DNA from: Candidatus Peregrinibacteria bacterium | Lineage (GTDB): Bacteria > Patescibacteriota > Gracilibacteria > UBA1369 > UM-FILTER-53-11 | Assembly: GCA_016220145.1 (NCBI GenBank) | Contig: JACRID010000021.1 | Coordinates: 1 to 61,114 of the forward strand | Direction: 5' to 3' | Length of the DNA: 61,114 nucleotides | Shown: positions 7,015-15,756 of the stretch, piece by piece | How the letters are laid out: each line of letters opens with the position of its first letter | Numbering within the stretch: position 1 is the stretch's first letter | Notes under the pieces: model-generated | Told to the model about the DNA's origin: nothing | Databases searched by the model: none | What the model saw: only the letters and a program-made list of their open reading frames with translations | Position numbers and translations under genes: made by a program

Positions 7015-9111
7015 TTATGGTGCCACAAGCAAGGATGGAATACTACGGAAATCTTTTTGGGAGAGATGCGCGGTAATCGGATCCGCCGGCTCAAGATTTG
7101 CATTAAACCGCTGAAGACCCGGATGCGCGCCGGTTCGGGCAACGATAATCGCAAGATCGCCGTTACGGTCAACATCTCCCGCGGCAACGGCGAATTGTGA
7201 ATTTTTTTCATGAATAAGAGGAGCGGTACCGCGCAATACCCCGTCGGCGACAAAAAGACGCACGGTTGGACTGCCTGCCGCATTTAAAGGCACGGTAATT
7301 ACTTCCGCGCGTCCATCACCGTCAGTATCTACTGCTGTTATGTTTATACCGCCACGATAGGCCGGTGCGGCCGCAAAAAAACCTGCATTCAACGGTGTCC
7401 CTTCTCCATTAAACATGCGAATATGCGCGCTCCCGCCTTGGCGCACACCGGTAATGATATCCTTGCGCCCATCACCATCAATGTCCGCAAGCGCGATACT
7501 TAATCCCAAACGCGCCCCGGGCGCATATGCCAAAAATTTATTTTTCAAAACTCCGGATAATGAATATACGCGGACCTCCGGTTTGTAACGTTGCGCCGGA
7601 GCCACGACAATTTCATCCTCTCCGTCGCCGTCCGTATCCCCTACCGCAATTTGTATTCCGCCATTATAATTTTTTGGATACGCAAGAAAACCCTTGCTCT
7701 TGAGCGCGCCATTTTCATCAAATAAGCGCACTTGCGATGAAGTATTGGAAGTGCCGGTGATAATGAGGGGTTTGGCAGAAGATGTCTCGTACGCGCGCGC
7801 AAATGAGACGCCTATTTGCTTGCCGTAATTAAAAGTAAATTGTTTCTGCGCCACGCCGCCGCCATCCAATTGCGCGACAACCGGACTGCCAGCAGAGGCA
7901 AGCCACACTGACTGCGTTGTCACCATTGCGCGCACTCGCGCAACCGCCGCGCCCGCATTAAGCAGACCCGCGCCAAGCTCATTTGTATATAACGGATTGA
8001 CATCATCTATGGGATCCGAGGTGCTTGTTAAAATATCATAAATTTGTTTGGGGGTAAGATCCGGCTTGAGCGATTTCATAAGCGCAACCGTTGCCGTAAC
8101 CTGCGGCGCCGCAAGCGAAGTGCCGGAAAATGATCCGCCAAAAAGCGTATCAAAACCCGTTATCGCCGGATGCACGACAAGCGTGCTTGGAATGTGTACG
8201 CCCGGAGCGGAAATATCAATACATCGCGTACCATAACTGGAAAAACGCGCCTTTCGGTTGCTCTCGTCAACCGCGGCAACACCAATCACCCACCACGGTT
8301 CTCCTTGTGGGCCGTCAAGACACACCGGATAACGCGGCGACCAATCCAAATCGCCATCTATCATATTGCCGTTGCCCTCATTGCCGGCGGCGGCAACCAC
8401 GGTAATGCCAACTTCGTACGCGCGGCGGATCGCATTGATCAAATCCTGATTGAGTTTCTTGCCGATAAAACTCATATTAATGACATCCACATGATGGTCA
8501 ATAGCGTAATTAACCGCTTTGACGACTGTTGTTGGATCGCCGTTTCCGGTATCTCCCACGCCATTTAACGCGCGCAGAGGCATAATGCTCACCTGCCAAT
8601 TGATGCCTGTTCCCGCAGTGCCATTATTGCCAACCGCACCGATGATTCCCGCGACAACCGTGCCATGATGAAAACCAAGGTCATTTTTTGGCGCGTTAAA
8701 ATCCGGTCCTGGATTAGCTTTATTGTCAACAAAATCCCAGCCGTGAATATCGTCTATGAGCCCATTGCCGTCGTTGTCAATGCCATCAACTGTTTCCGCA
8801 GGATTGGTCCAGATATTTTCTTGCAAATCAGGATGAATTATTTCAACACCGCTATCTATGAGCGCCACCACCACGCGCTTGCTACCTTTGGTTATGTTCC
8901 ACGCCTCAAGGGCATTAATTTGCTGGAGGTAGGTTTGCTGGAAAAAATTAGGGTCATTGGGGATATCTGATGATGTCGCCGCGCGCGCAAGAGATGCTGG
9001 AAATCCAATGAACGCGCTGGACGCAAAAAATAGAGCTGTGATGAAAAAAAGTAAAACATGAAACATATGTTTGTTGAAATGCCGCATAAAATTCTGAGAA
9101 TTTTTGTGCAT
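7015..9111 (-). CDS. Secreted subtilisin-like S8 serine protease with C-terminal FG-GAP/VCBS-type repeats
   Basis: Catalytic motifs ALIDSGV (Asp), HHGTVVAG (His) and SGTSLAAP (Ser). There is an N-terminal hydrophobic signal or anchor. Four or more repeats follow: DTDGDGEDEIVV, DIDGDGRKDIITG, DTDGDGRAEVITV, DVDRNGDLAIIV. Confidence 0.85.
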   Translation of the reverse strand: MHKNSQNFMRHFNKHMFHVLLFFITALFFASSAFIGFPASLARAATSSDIPNDPNFFQQTYLQQINALEAWNITKGSKRVVVALIDSGVEIIHPDLQENIWTNPAETVDGIDNDGNGLIDDIHGWDFVDNKANPGPDFNAPKNDLGFHHGTVVAGIIGAVGNNGTAGTGINWQVSIMPLRALNGVGDTGNGDPTTVVKAVNYAIDHHVDVINMSFIGKKLNQDLINAIRRAYEVGITVVAAAGNEGNGNMIDGDLDWSPRYPVCLDGPQGEPWWVIGVAAVDESNRKARFSSYGTRCIDISAPGVHIPSTLVVHPAITGFDTLFGGSFSGTSLAAPQVTATVALMKSLKPDLTPKQIYDILTSTSDPIDDVNPLYTNELGAGLLNAGAAVARVRAMVTTQSVWLASAGSPVVAQLDGGGVAQKQFTFNYGKQIGVSFARAYETSSAKPLIITGTSNTSSQVRLFDENGALKSKGFLAYPKNYNGGIQIAVGDTDGDGEDEIVVAPAQRYKPEVRVYSLSGVLKNKFLAYAPGARLGLSIALADIDGDGRKDIITGVRQGGSAHIRMFNGEGTPLNAGFFAAAPAYRGGINITAVDTDGDGRAEVITVPLNAAGSPTVRLFVADGVLRGTAPLIHEKNSQFAVAAGDVDRNGDLAIIVARTGAHPGLQRFNANLEPADPITAHLSQKDFRSIPSLLVAP

Positions 9112-9277
9112 TACAAAATATCTTCTCTCTGCAATATTATCTCAGGGCATGCATAAAATCCTTGAAGAATTTTTGCTCGCGCTCGCGCCGTCGCGCTCCT
9201 GCCCAGTCCCCTCAATGGTATTGCCTCGACGATATTTCATGATTCAAGATTCAGTATACCACACTCACGCCGCGCAC

Positions 9278-9305
9278 TTGAAGATTCGCGTTTTTATGGT
9301 ATACT
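9278..9305 (+). promoter_or_regulatory. Candidate sigma-70-type promoter for the sugar transferase gene
   Basis: TTGAAG (9278-9283), a 16-nt spacer, then TGgTATACT extended -10 (9297-9305). The ATG is at 9321, so the leader would be very short. Confidence 0.35.
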
Positions 9306-9320
9306 ATCATAATACAAATT

Positions 9321-10694
9321 ATGGGCTTATTTAACATAAAAAAATTGATACTCCTCACCGGAGATATCGCGGCACTCTATGCGGCGTTATTTTTGAGTTT
9401 GTGGGCGCGCAATCTTTCGCTTCCCGATGCGTTTATCTGGGGCAAGCATTGGCCGGCTTTCACACTTATTTTTTGCATTTGGATAGTAATATTTTTTATC
9501 AACGGTTTTTATGACTTGCAAAAAGCGCGCAACAGCGTGGTCTTTTTCAGTTCATTTCTTGGCACCATCACCTTAAATTTTTTTCTTGCGATCGCGTATT
9601 TTTATATCACTGATTTCAGAGACATAACGCCCAAAACGATTCTGCTTTTGCTCACCATAATTTATATTCCACTCTTTGGCGCGTGGCGCGTTGCTATTCA
9701 AAAAATTCTTTCCGGCCATACATTACAAAATCGTGTGCTATGTATCGGTCTAGTGGCGGAAAATATTCAGCTCATTGAAGTATTGACAAAAAATCCTCAA
9801 ATCGGATTCAGTGTGGCGGGGGTGATAGCGGATTATCCTGATAGCGCGCCTCTGCCACTGCCCCATGACGTTGCCGTGTGGTCAAGTCGAGAGCCATTTG
9901 AGGGACTTGTTAAAACGCACCATGTTGACACCATTGTGGTTGCCGCGGGATCGCTCACGGAACCGGTTACCAAAGAATTGTACAAGATGATTTTTATGCA
10001 CGCGCAGATAGTGGATTTGGTAACGTTTTATGAGATGATCACGCATCGCGTGCCGGTGCTCGCGCTGAATGAAGCATGGTTTTTGGAAAATATCCAAGAA
10101 AAAGAAAAGCAAATTTATGATTCAATAAAAATATTTTTTGATTATTTAATTGGCGCGATAATGGCGGCAATAGGAGTTGTTATATTGATTCCTGTGGCGG
10201 CACTGATTTATTTTTATGACAAAGGCCCGATATTCATCAAACAAAAACGGGTTGGGCGCGACGAAAAAGAGTTTATGTTATACAAATTTCGCACCATGGT
10301 GGTGGACGCGGAAAAAAATGGCGCGCAATTTACCGTGCCGCACGACAAGCGCATTACGCCCGTGGGACGCGTTTTGAGAGTGATGAGGATAGATGAACTG
10401 CCGCAAGCTTTGAACATCTTGCGTGGTGAGATGAGTTTTATCGGCCCTCGGCCGGAGCGCCCGGAATTTGTGGAAGAGATTGCGGGATACATGCCATTTT
10501 ACCATGTACGGCATTTGATCAAGCCGGGCTTGACGGGCTGGGCGCAGATCAATCGTGGATATTACGCGACACGCGAGGAACATCTCATTAAACTGCAATA
10601 TGACTTATACTATATCAAACACCGCTCTCTGCTTTTAGATGGGGCGATTTTATTGCAGACGGTGCGGGTGGTGGTGAAGTGGTTGGGAAGGTAA
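9321..10694 (+). CDS. Initiating polyprenyl-phosphate sugar-1-phosphate transferase (bacterial sugar transferase, WbaP/EpsL-like)
   Basis: N-terminal transmembrane helices and a central Rossmann-like segment. The C-terminal signature is IDELPQALNILRGEMSFIGPRPERPEF. Confidence 0.85.
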   Translation: MGLFNIKKLILLTGDIAALYAALFLSLWARNLSLPDAFIWGKHWPAFTLIFCIWIVIFFINGFYDLQKARNSVVFFSSFLGTITLNFFLAIAYFYITDFRDITPKTILLLLTIIYIPLFGAWRVAIQKILSGHTLQNRVLCIGLVAENIQLIEVLTKNPQIGFSVAGVIADYPDSAPLPLPHDVAVWSSREPFEGLVKTHHVDTIVVAAGSLTEPVTKELYKMIFMHAQIVDLVTFYEMITHRVPVLALNEAWFLENIQEKEKQIYDSIKIFFDYLIGAIMAAIGVVILIPVAALIYFYDKGPIFIKQKRVGRDEKEFMLYKFRTMVVDAEKNGAQFTVPHDKRITPVGRVLRVMRIDELPQALNILRGEMSFIGPRPERPEFVEEIAGYMPFYHVRHLIKPGLTGWAQINRGYYATREEHLIKLQYDLYYIKHRSLLLDGAILLQTVRVVVKWLGR

Positions 10695-10695
10695 A

Positions 10696-10880
10696 TGGCA
10701 TTAACAAATAGTAGCCTGTTCGCAATACAAAAGTTTATTTGCATTCAATAAGAGTGGTATTCTCTTTCGCAACTACGCAGGGTAAGCTATGTTGCTCAAG
10801 AGAATACCACTCTTATTTTTCACACATATTTAAAAACATCCCATCCTACTACAACAACAGGCTACTATTTGTTAATGCCA
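10696..10880. repeat. Nested inverted-repeat element between convergent genes
   Basis: Outer 25-bp perfect inverted repeat TGGCATTAACAAATAGTAGCCTGTT (10696-10720) pairs with 10856-10880. Inner 19-bp perfect inverted repeat is 10747-10765 with 10799-10817. The right outer arm contains the last five codons and stop of the epimerase gene. Confidence 0.9.
10747..10822 (+). terminator. Probable intrinsic terminator for the sugar transferase gene
   Basis: A 19-20 bp perfect stem plus a 5-bp extension (10769-10773/10791-10795), with a 17-nt loop. It is followed by ATTTTT (10815-10820) on the plus strand. Confidence 0.5.
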
Positions 10881-11779
10881 AATATTTTTTTAAGTTCAGC
10901 AATTCCATCTTGCAACGCGACGATTGGCTCCCAGTCAAGAAGCTTTTTTGCTTTGGTAATATCAGCCTTTGAATAACGTACATCACCCGCGCGAGGAGGA
11001 ACCTGTGTGGTGGATCCGCCAATGAGCGAGGCGACTTGATTGACCGAATATGGCTGACCATTGCCAATATTGATGATTTCTCCCACGCCTACACTGTCTT
11101 TTGTCATGGCGAGGATGTTGGCGCGCACCACATCCGATACATGCGTGTAGTCGCGGTAGTATTCTCCATCACCGCAAATGGTAAGCGGTTCGCCTGCAGA
11201 GAGCTGACGAAGGAATTTGCCTATAACAAGCGCATAGGCGCCTTCCGGGTCCAAATAAGGACCATAGATGTTAAAATAACGCAAAGAAACGGTCTGTAGG
11301 CCATACAACTCGGCAAAGAGCATGCAATAATGCTCTCCCGTGAGTTTGTGAAGCGCATACGGGCTTTTGGGGCTGGGGTTCATATCTTCTGTAAGAGCTA
11401 TTTCACCCTTGTCTCCGCCGTAGACGGAGGATGAAGAGCTAAACACAAGACGCTTTACACCCGCATCACGCGCCGCGACAAGCACATTGAGCGTCCCGGT
11501 GATATTGTGTTCATTGGTTTCTTGCGGATGTTCAACGGAATACGGCACGCGCGGCACCGCGGCAAGATGAAACACACCCTGTACACCCTGCATGTTTTTT
11601 TGCAAATCGGACATAACGCGGATATCACCTTCTATATACTGCGTGCCTTTTTGCGCGCGATCTGCACGACGCCCGCCGCTATAATTATCCAAAACAACCA
11701 CTTCATGACCGTCCGCAATGAGTTGTTTAACAATGTTGGTGCCAATGAATCCGGCTCCGCCAGTTACAAGATAGCGCAT
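10865..11779 (-). CDS. NAD-dependent nucleotide-sugar epimerase (extended SDR)
   Basis: YLVTGGAGFIGTN Rossmann motif and SPYALHKL (YxxxK). 304 aa. Confidence 0.75.
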   Translation of the reverse strand: MRYLVTGGAGFIGTNIVKQLIADGHEVVVLDNYSGGRRADRAQKGTQYIEGDIRVMSDLQKNMQGVQGVFHLAAVPRVPYSVEHPQETNEHNITGTLNVLVAARDAGVKRLVFSSSSSVYGGDKGEIALTEDMNPSPKSPYALHKLTGEHYCMLFAELYGLQTVSLRYFNIYGPYLDPEGAYALVIGKFLRQLSAGEPLTICGDGEYYRDYTHVSDVVRANILAMTKDSVGVGEIINIGNGQPYSVNQVASLIGGSTTQVPPRAGDVRYSKADITKAKKLLDWEPIVALQDGIAELKKIFGINK

Positions 11780-11780
11780 A

Positions 11781-13190
11781 TTATACTTTTTTACCTTTCA
11801 TAAATTGACTCCCCACCGCGATGATGGAAAAACCGGCCGATTGTAAATTGTTATATGAGTTGCACAACATGCGGCGACCATCCATAATAAGATAGGGGGC
11901 TTTGACGGTTTTCTGTATAATCTCTGCAAGCGACTGAAACTGCGGCCAATCAGTGGCAATGAACGCCATGGAGGTGCTTTTTAGACAAGCATCTTCTGAT
12001 TTGGTGTAGGTGATTTTTTTATATTGTGCATCTTTCTTTGGATTAAAGACGCGTTTAAATTCGTCTGTCGCGGCAGGGTCATACACCTTAATTTCTTGCG
12101 CCCCCTCCTGAAGAAAAAATTCCGTAGCGCGAATGGCGCCGGAGTTGCGCACATCGTTGGTATGTTGTTTAAATGCCGCTCCAAACAAAGCAATGCGCAC
12201 GCCTTTGATGATGGCGTGAGCTTCCGCATGAATACGACTCAAAAAATGATCAAGCTGATAATTATTCGCGCCTAGTACACCGCGCACCAGCTCCGCGTTT
12301 CCGCCCGCACTTTCAAGCTGATACGCAAGCGAAGCGGCGTCTTTAATAAAACAACTCCCGCCGGCGTACAAGCTGTCATACAAACCCCACGGCGCAATGC
12401 GCGGATCGATTTTAAGAATATCGCGTACGCGCTCAAACGAGATACGAGGAAAGGATTCACACGTGCGGCCTATCACATCAAAACAAAGTGCGAGGCGGCT
12501 GAAAAGCATAAAATTTGCAAGCAGCTTCCCTGCCTCGGCTTCGTGCGGATTGACTTCTATGTATTTGACCGATGAGGAGGTATAGAAACGTTGGTAAAGC
12601 GCACGCATAATTTTAAAATCTTTTTCATTTTCCGCGCCAATAACAACTCTGTCCGGATGGATAGAATCATATACTGCCTTGCCTTCCACCAAAAACTCCG
12701 GATTTGATACAATGCCAAAATTTTTAACTTTATGAGCTTCTAGAATTTCCTTGGTGCGATCAATCATGCTTATAGGCAATGTGCTCTTATTGATGATCAC
12801 CACATATGATGATTGTTTGCCCCCTTGTCTTTTGGATAACATTTTTGCGAGCGTCTCACACGCCGCTTCATAGTAAGAAAGGTTTGATTGTCCTTCTTCG
12901 CCAGCTTTTTCCGGAGTTGGCAGGCACATAAAAATCGCGTCAACGCGGTCAATGAATTTCTTCATCTCCGGGGCGCTATTGGTGAACGTTATGTTTTTTT
13001 TGCAGCGAATAAGCAACTCTGCAAGTCCATCTTCAAAAAGACAGGATTCTATTACGTCCCGTTTGCCGGAAGACAATTTGCGTATGCGTTCTTTGTTGAT
13101 GTCGTAGACGAGCGCGCCATGGCCGCTATCGGCCGAAACCGCCGCGCTACAGGTGCCTACAAACCCCGCGCCGATGTAGAGGATGTTCAT
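11781..13190 (-). CDS. ugd: UDP-glucose/GDP-mannose dehydrogenase family enzyme with canonical catalytic Cys
   Basis: IGAGFVGT NAD motif, GGSCFIKD catalytic-cysteine motif and C-terminal AFKQHTNDVRNS UDP-binding motif. Confidence 0.75.
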   Translation of the reverse strand: MNILYIGAGFVGTCSAAVSADSGHGALVYDINKERIRKLSSGKRDVIESCLFEDGLAELLIRCKKNITFTNSAPEMKKFIDRVDAIFMCLPTPEKAGEEGQSNLSYYEAACETLAKMLSKRQGGKQSSYVVIINKSTLPISMIDRTKEILEAHKVKNFGIVSNPEFLVEGKAVYDSIHPDRVVIGAENEKDFKIMRALYQRFYTSSSVKYIEVNPHEAEAGKLLANFMLFSRLALCFDVIGRTCESFPRISFERVRDILKIDPRIAPWGLYDSLYAGGSCFIKDAASLAYQLESAGGNAELVRGVLGANNYQLDHFLSRIHAEAHAIIKGVRIALFGAAFKQHTNDVRNSGAIRATEFFLQEGAQEIKVYDPAATDEFKRVFNPKKDAQYKKITYTKSEDACLKSTSMAFIATDWPQFQSLAEIIQKTVKAPYLIMDGRRMLCNSYNNLQSAGFSIIAVGSQFMKGKKV

Positions 13191-13222
13191 AAATTTAATG
13201 AATTACTCTGCGCCAAAAACAC

Positions 13223-13250
13223 AGTATATCCACTGTCGCGTGTTGCGCAA
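13223..13250 (-). promoter_or_regulatory. Candidate promoter for the ugd-epimerase unit
   Basis: On the minus strand: TTGCGC (13245-13250), a 16-nt spacer, then TATACT (13223-13228), about 33 nt upstream of the ATG at 13190. Confidence 0.35.
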
Positions 13251-13360
13251 TGTTGTATTTGAAAACATAACGGTTTTCAAACTTTCCATTTAAAGTACTC
13301 CATGGCAAGACCATGTGGAAAAGTCTAGTTATAATATACCTAATTAACAAATATTCAGTC

Positions 13361-14131
13361 TCAAGATTGACTATCCGACATTCTATCATAGTGCAATGAT
13401 TTTGTGTATCCTTCGTTTCTCTCATGATGACGATTGATGTTTAGCCAGTCAGGATATTTCTTAAGGAGTGCAATAACATCATCCATTCCACAACTACAAT
13501 GTTTTACTGCACATGCTTCAAAAATTTTCTTGATAAAATTAAAATCATCCTGTGTATCAAGGGTCCAACGATGTTTAGATATATCGTCAGAACGGCTAGA
13601 ATTCCCCAACAAAAATAATTCGGGGTGTTCCCAAATATACGGAGTTACATGTTCTCTTTCTGAAATGAGAGCGGCCTCTTTCCATGCTCGCTCCAATGTT
13701 TTAGTAGAAAATACTTCTACATCGAGCCCGTCTGGATATGTCGGTGGATGGCAGTTTGAAACATAATCATAGTTACCATCCAAATAATAACGTATAACTA
13801 AATCAATGACATTTGCATCAATCAGCGGGCAGTCACCAGTAATTCTCACTACTACATCAGCATGCGCGTGTTGTGCAGCTTGATAATAACGATCAAGAAC
13901 ATCATCACAACTTCCTCGAAAATATTGTATGCTGTGCTGAATAGCCCATTGAACGAGTATATTATCTTCGGAATTCTTCGTCGTCACCAATAATAATTTA
14001 TTCACAATCTTCGATGTTGCTACACGTTCAAAAACCCACTGAATGATTGGCTTGTCTAAAATAGTCATCATCATTTTCCCTGGAAGCCTAGTAGAACCCA
14101 TGCGTGCTTGAATAATAGCGACAATCTTCAT
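13361..14131 (-). CDS. SpsF/FlmC-type cytidylyltransferase (CTP_transf_3-like), probable nonulosonate or sugar activation
   Basis: MKIVAIIQARMGSTRLPGKMM N-terminus and ITGDCPLID motif. It is a paralog of the C-terminal domain of 30675-32924. Confidence 0.7.
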   Translation of the reverse strand: MKIVAIIQARMGSTRLPGKMMMTILDKPIIQWVFERVATSKIVNKLLLVTTKNSEDNILVQWAIQHSIQYFRGSCDDVLDRYYQAAQHAHADVVVRITGDCPLIDANVIDLVIRYYLDGNYDYVSNCHPPTYPDGLDVEVFSTKTLERAWKEAALISEREHVTPYIWEHPELFLLGNSSRSDDISKHRWTLDTQDDFNFIKKIFEACAVKHCSCGMDDVIALLKKYPDWLNINRHHERNEGYTKSLHYDRMSDSQS

Positions 14132-15120
14132 AAATAGATACTCTTATCCTCTGCTGACGACTCCTTTGCGGCAACTATTAGTTTGAGTGTATCATACCCT
14201 TTCGTCAAAGGAGTAATGGTTTCCTTTCGTTCCCGCACACACTCCAAAAAATGTTGTATTTCATCAACATACATTTGATTTATATCATAGCTATCTTCCA
14301 AAACAAAATCTTGGACACCCGATTCCTTATTTTGCATAATAATTTTTTTTAAACCAGCATCCCATATAATTGTCCCTAGTTCACCAAAAAATTCAAAGTT
14401 TCGTCTATAAAATTGCTGTGTGTAGTCAAGATGAATCTCAGCTATCACCCCTTTATTAAATTGTAATAGTATTTCTGCGGTATCCTCAACATCAATTTCT
14501 AAATTGCTTCGTTTATCAGCAAAACAGACTAATTTCTTAACTGTATCGCCAATAAACCAAGTCAAATAATCAAATTCATGTGAATCAAGGATAATCCCTC
14601 CACCAAGTTTATAGTTGGCACTATAACCTTGACGATAATCTTCCCATGGATGCCAATCAGGCAAATACTGGCCAAATTGACAACGTGCTGAAAAGATCTC
14701 TCCAATGACACCGCCTGTCAAAAGCTCTTTCATTTTTTTGAAAAGTGGGTAAAATTTCCAATTACTACCAACTATTGTAATCAACTTCATATCTTGCGTT
14801 AATGTTAAAAGTTCATTTACTCCTTTCAAATTATGAGATACTGGCTTTTCAATAAATAGATCGCAGCCGTTCTGTGCAAAAGTAAGCGCGTCATCAAAAT
14901 GATAAACTGACGGAGTGCAAATGAACACAACAGTAAATTTTTTTTCTTTTAATACTTCCGATATTGAGCTCGCCACCAAAATACCATAATCCTTTTTAAT
15001 AATTCTGGCTTTCTCAACATCAACTTCAACAACCGTAATGTCTCGTTCACCCAATGCAAACAAATTACGCAGATGTCTTTGTCCAATTGAGCCGCACCCG
15101 ATGATTAAAATTTTATTCAT
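14128..15120 (-). CDS. Gfo/Idh/MocA-family NAD(P) oxidoreductase
   Basis: ILIIGCGSIGQRH Rossmann start and EKP motif (LFIEKPV). It has a 4-nt ATGA overlap with the downstream gene. Confidence 0.75.
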   Translation of the reverse strand: MNKILIIGCGSIGQRHLRNLFALGERDITVVEVDVEKARIIKKDYGILVASSISEVLKEKKFTVVFICTPSVYHFDDALTFAQNGCDLFIEKPVSHNLKGVNELLTLTQDMKLITIVGSNWKFYPLFKKMKELLTGGVIGEIFSARCQFGQYLPDWHPWEDYRQGYSANYKLGGGIILDSHEFDYLTWFIGDTVKKLVCFADKRSNLEIDVEDTAEILLQFNKGVIAEIHLDYTQQFYRRNFEFFGELGTIIWDAGLKKIIMQNKESGVQDFVLEDSYDINQMYVDEIQHFLECVRERKETITPLTKGYDTLKLIVAAKESSAEDKSIYL

Positions 15121-15123
15121 ATA

Positions 15124-15747
15124 TCACAATAAAAAATTGATTTCCTTCAAAAATTGAGGTACATTTTTAAACAAAATTACATTAAAACCTAATGTTTCGG
15201 CGGCTTTAATATTTTTGCTTGAATTATCAATAAATAAAGTTGCTTCTGGCAAAACATCTAATTTTTTTAAAATTAATTGATATGGTTTAAAATTTGGCTT
15301 CATTGACTCCAAATCACTATCACAACTATAAACTTCACTTTCAAAATAATCTTTCAAATTGTATTTAAAGCGGATATGCTCACGCATTTCTGGTGTAAGG
15401 TTAGACAACAAGCCAATTTTATATTTTAATTTAAGTTTTTTTATCACTTCAAAAACTTCGGGATAAATTTCGTATGAACTAAGATACGCACTGCTAAGAA
15501 CAATTGAATTAATTTTTTCATTTTCTTTTAAACCAAAATGCTGAATAATTGCTCGCCAAAATGAATCTCGATCATACTTTCCAATATAATATCCATTATA
15601 AATCTCTCTTACTTTCTCTGCAATCTGGTCCGGATTCATATTTAAGGTATACTGCAAATCAAGAGAATCAAATGGCTCGCCTTCTCTACAGCACACTCCA
15701 CCCCAGTCAAAAATTACCACTTTAATTTTACTTTTATCCAATACCAT
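15124..15747 (-). CDS. HAD-superfamily hydrolase/phosphatase
   Basis: VVIFDWGGV matches motif I DxG (DxD-type variant), followed by LLSN and DNS motifs. The track start at 15756 is TTG; the first ATG is at 15747. Confidence 0.65.
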   Translation of the reverse strand: MVLDKSKIKVVIFDWGGVCCREGEPFDSLDLQYTLNMNPDQIAEKVREIYNGYYIGKYDRDSFWRAIIQHFGLKENEKINSIVLSSAYLSSYEIYPEVFEVIKKLKLKYKIGLLSNLTPEMREHIRFKYNLKDYFESEVYSCDSDLESMKPNFKPYQLILKKLDVLPEATLFIDNSSKNIKAAETLGFNVILFKNVPQFLKEINFLL

Positions 15748-15756
15748 AGTCAACAA

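Noticed and set aside
9112-9200. Promoter for the S8 protease gene (TGaGATAAT on the minus strand)
   Set aside because: An extended -10-like element is present, but I found no acceptable -35 at proper spacing. That is too weak to list as a feature.
13258-13281. 9-bp hairpin as an intrinsic terminator at the compositional boundary
   Set aside because: There is no T-run after the stem on either strand. It is noted only as a structural landmark.
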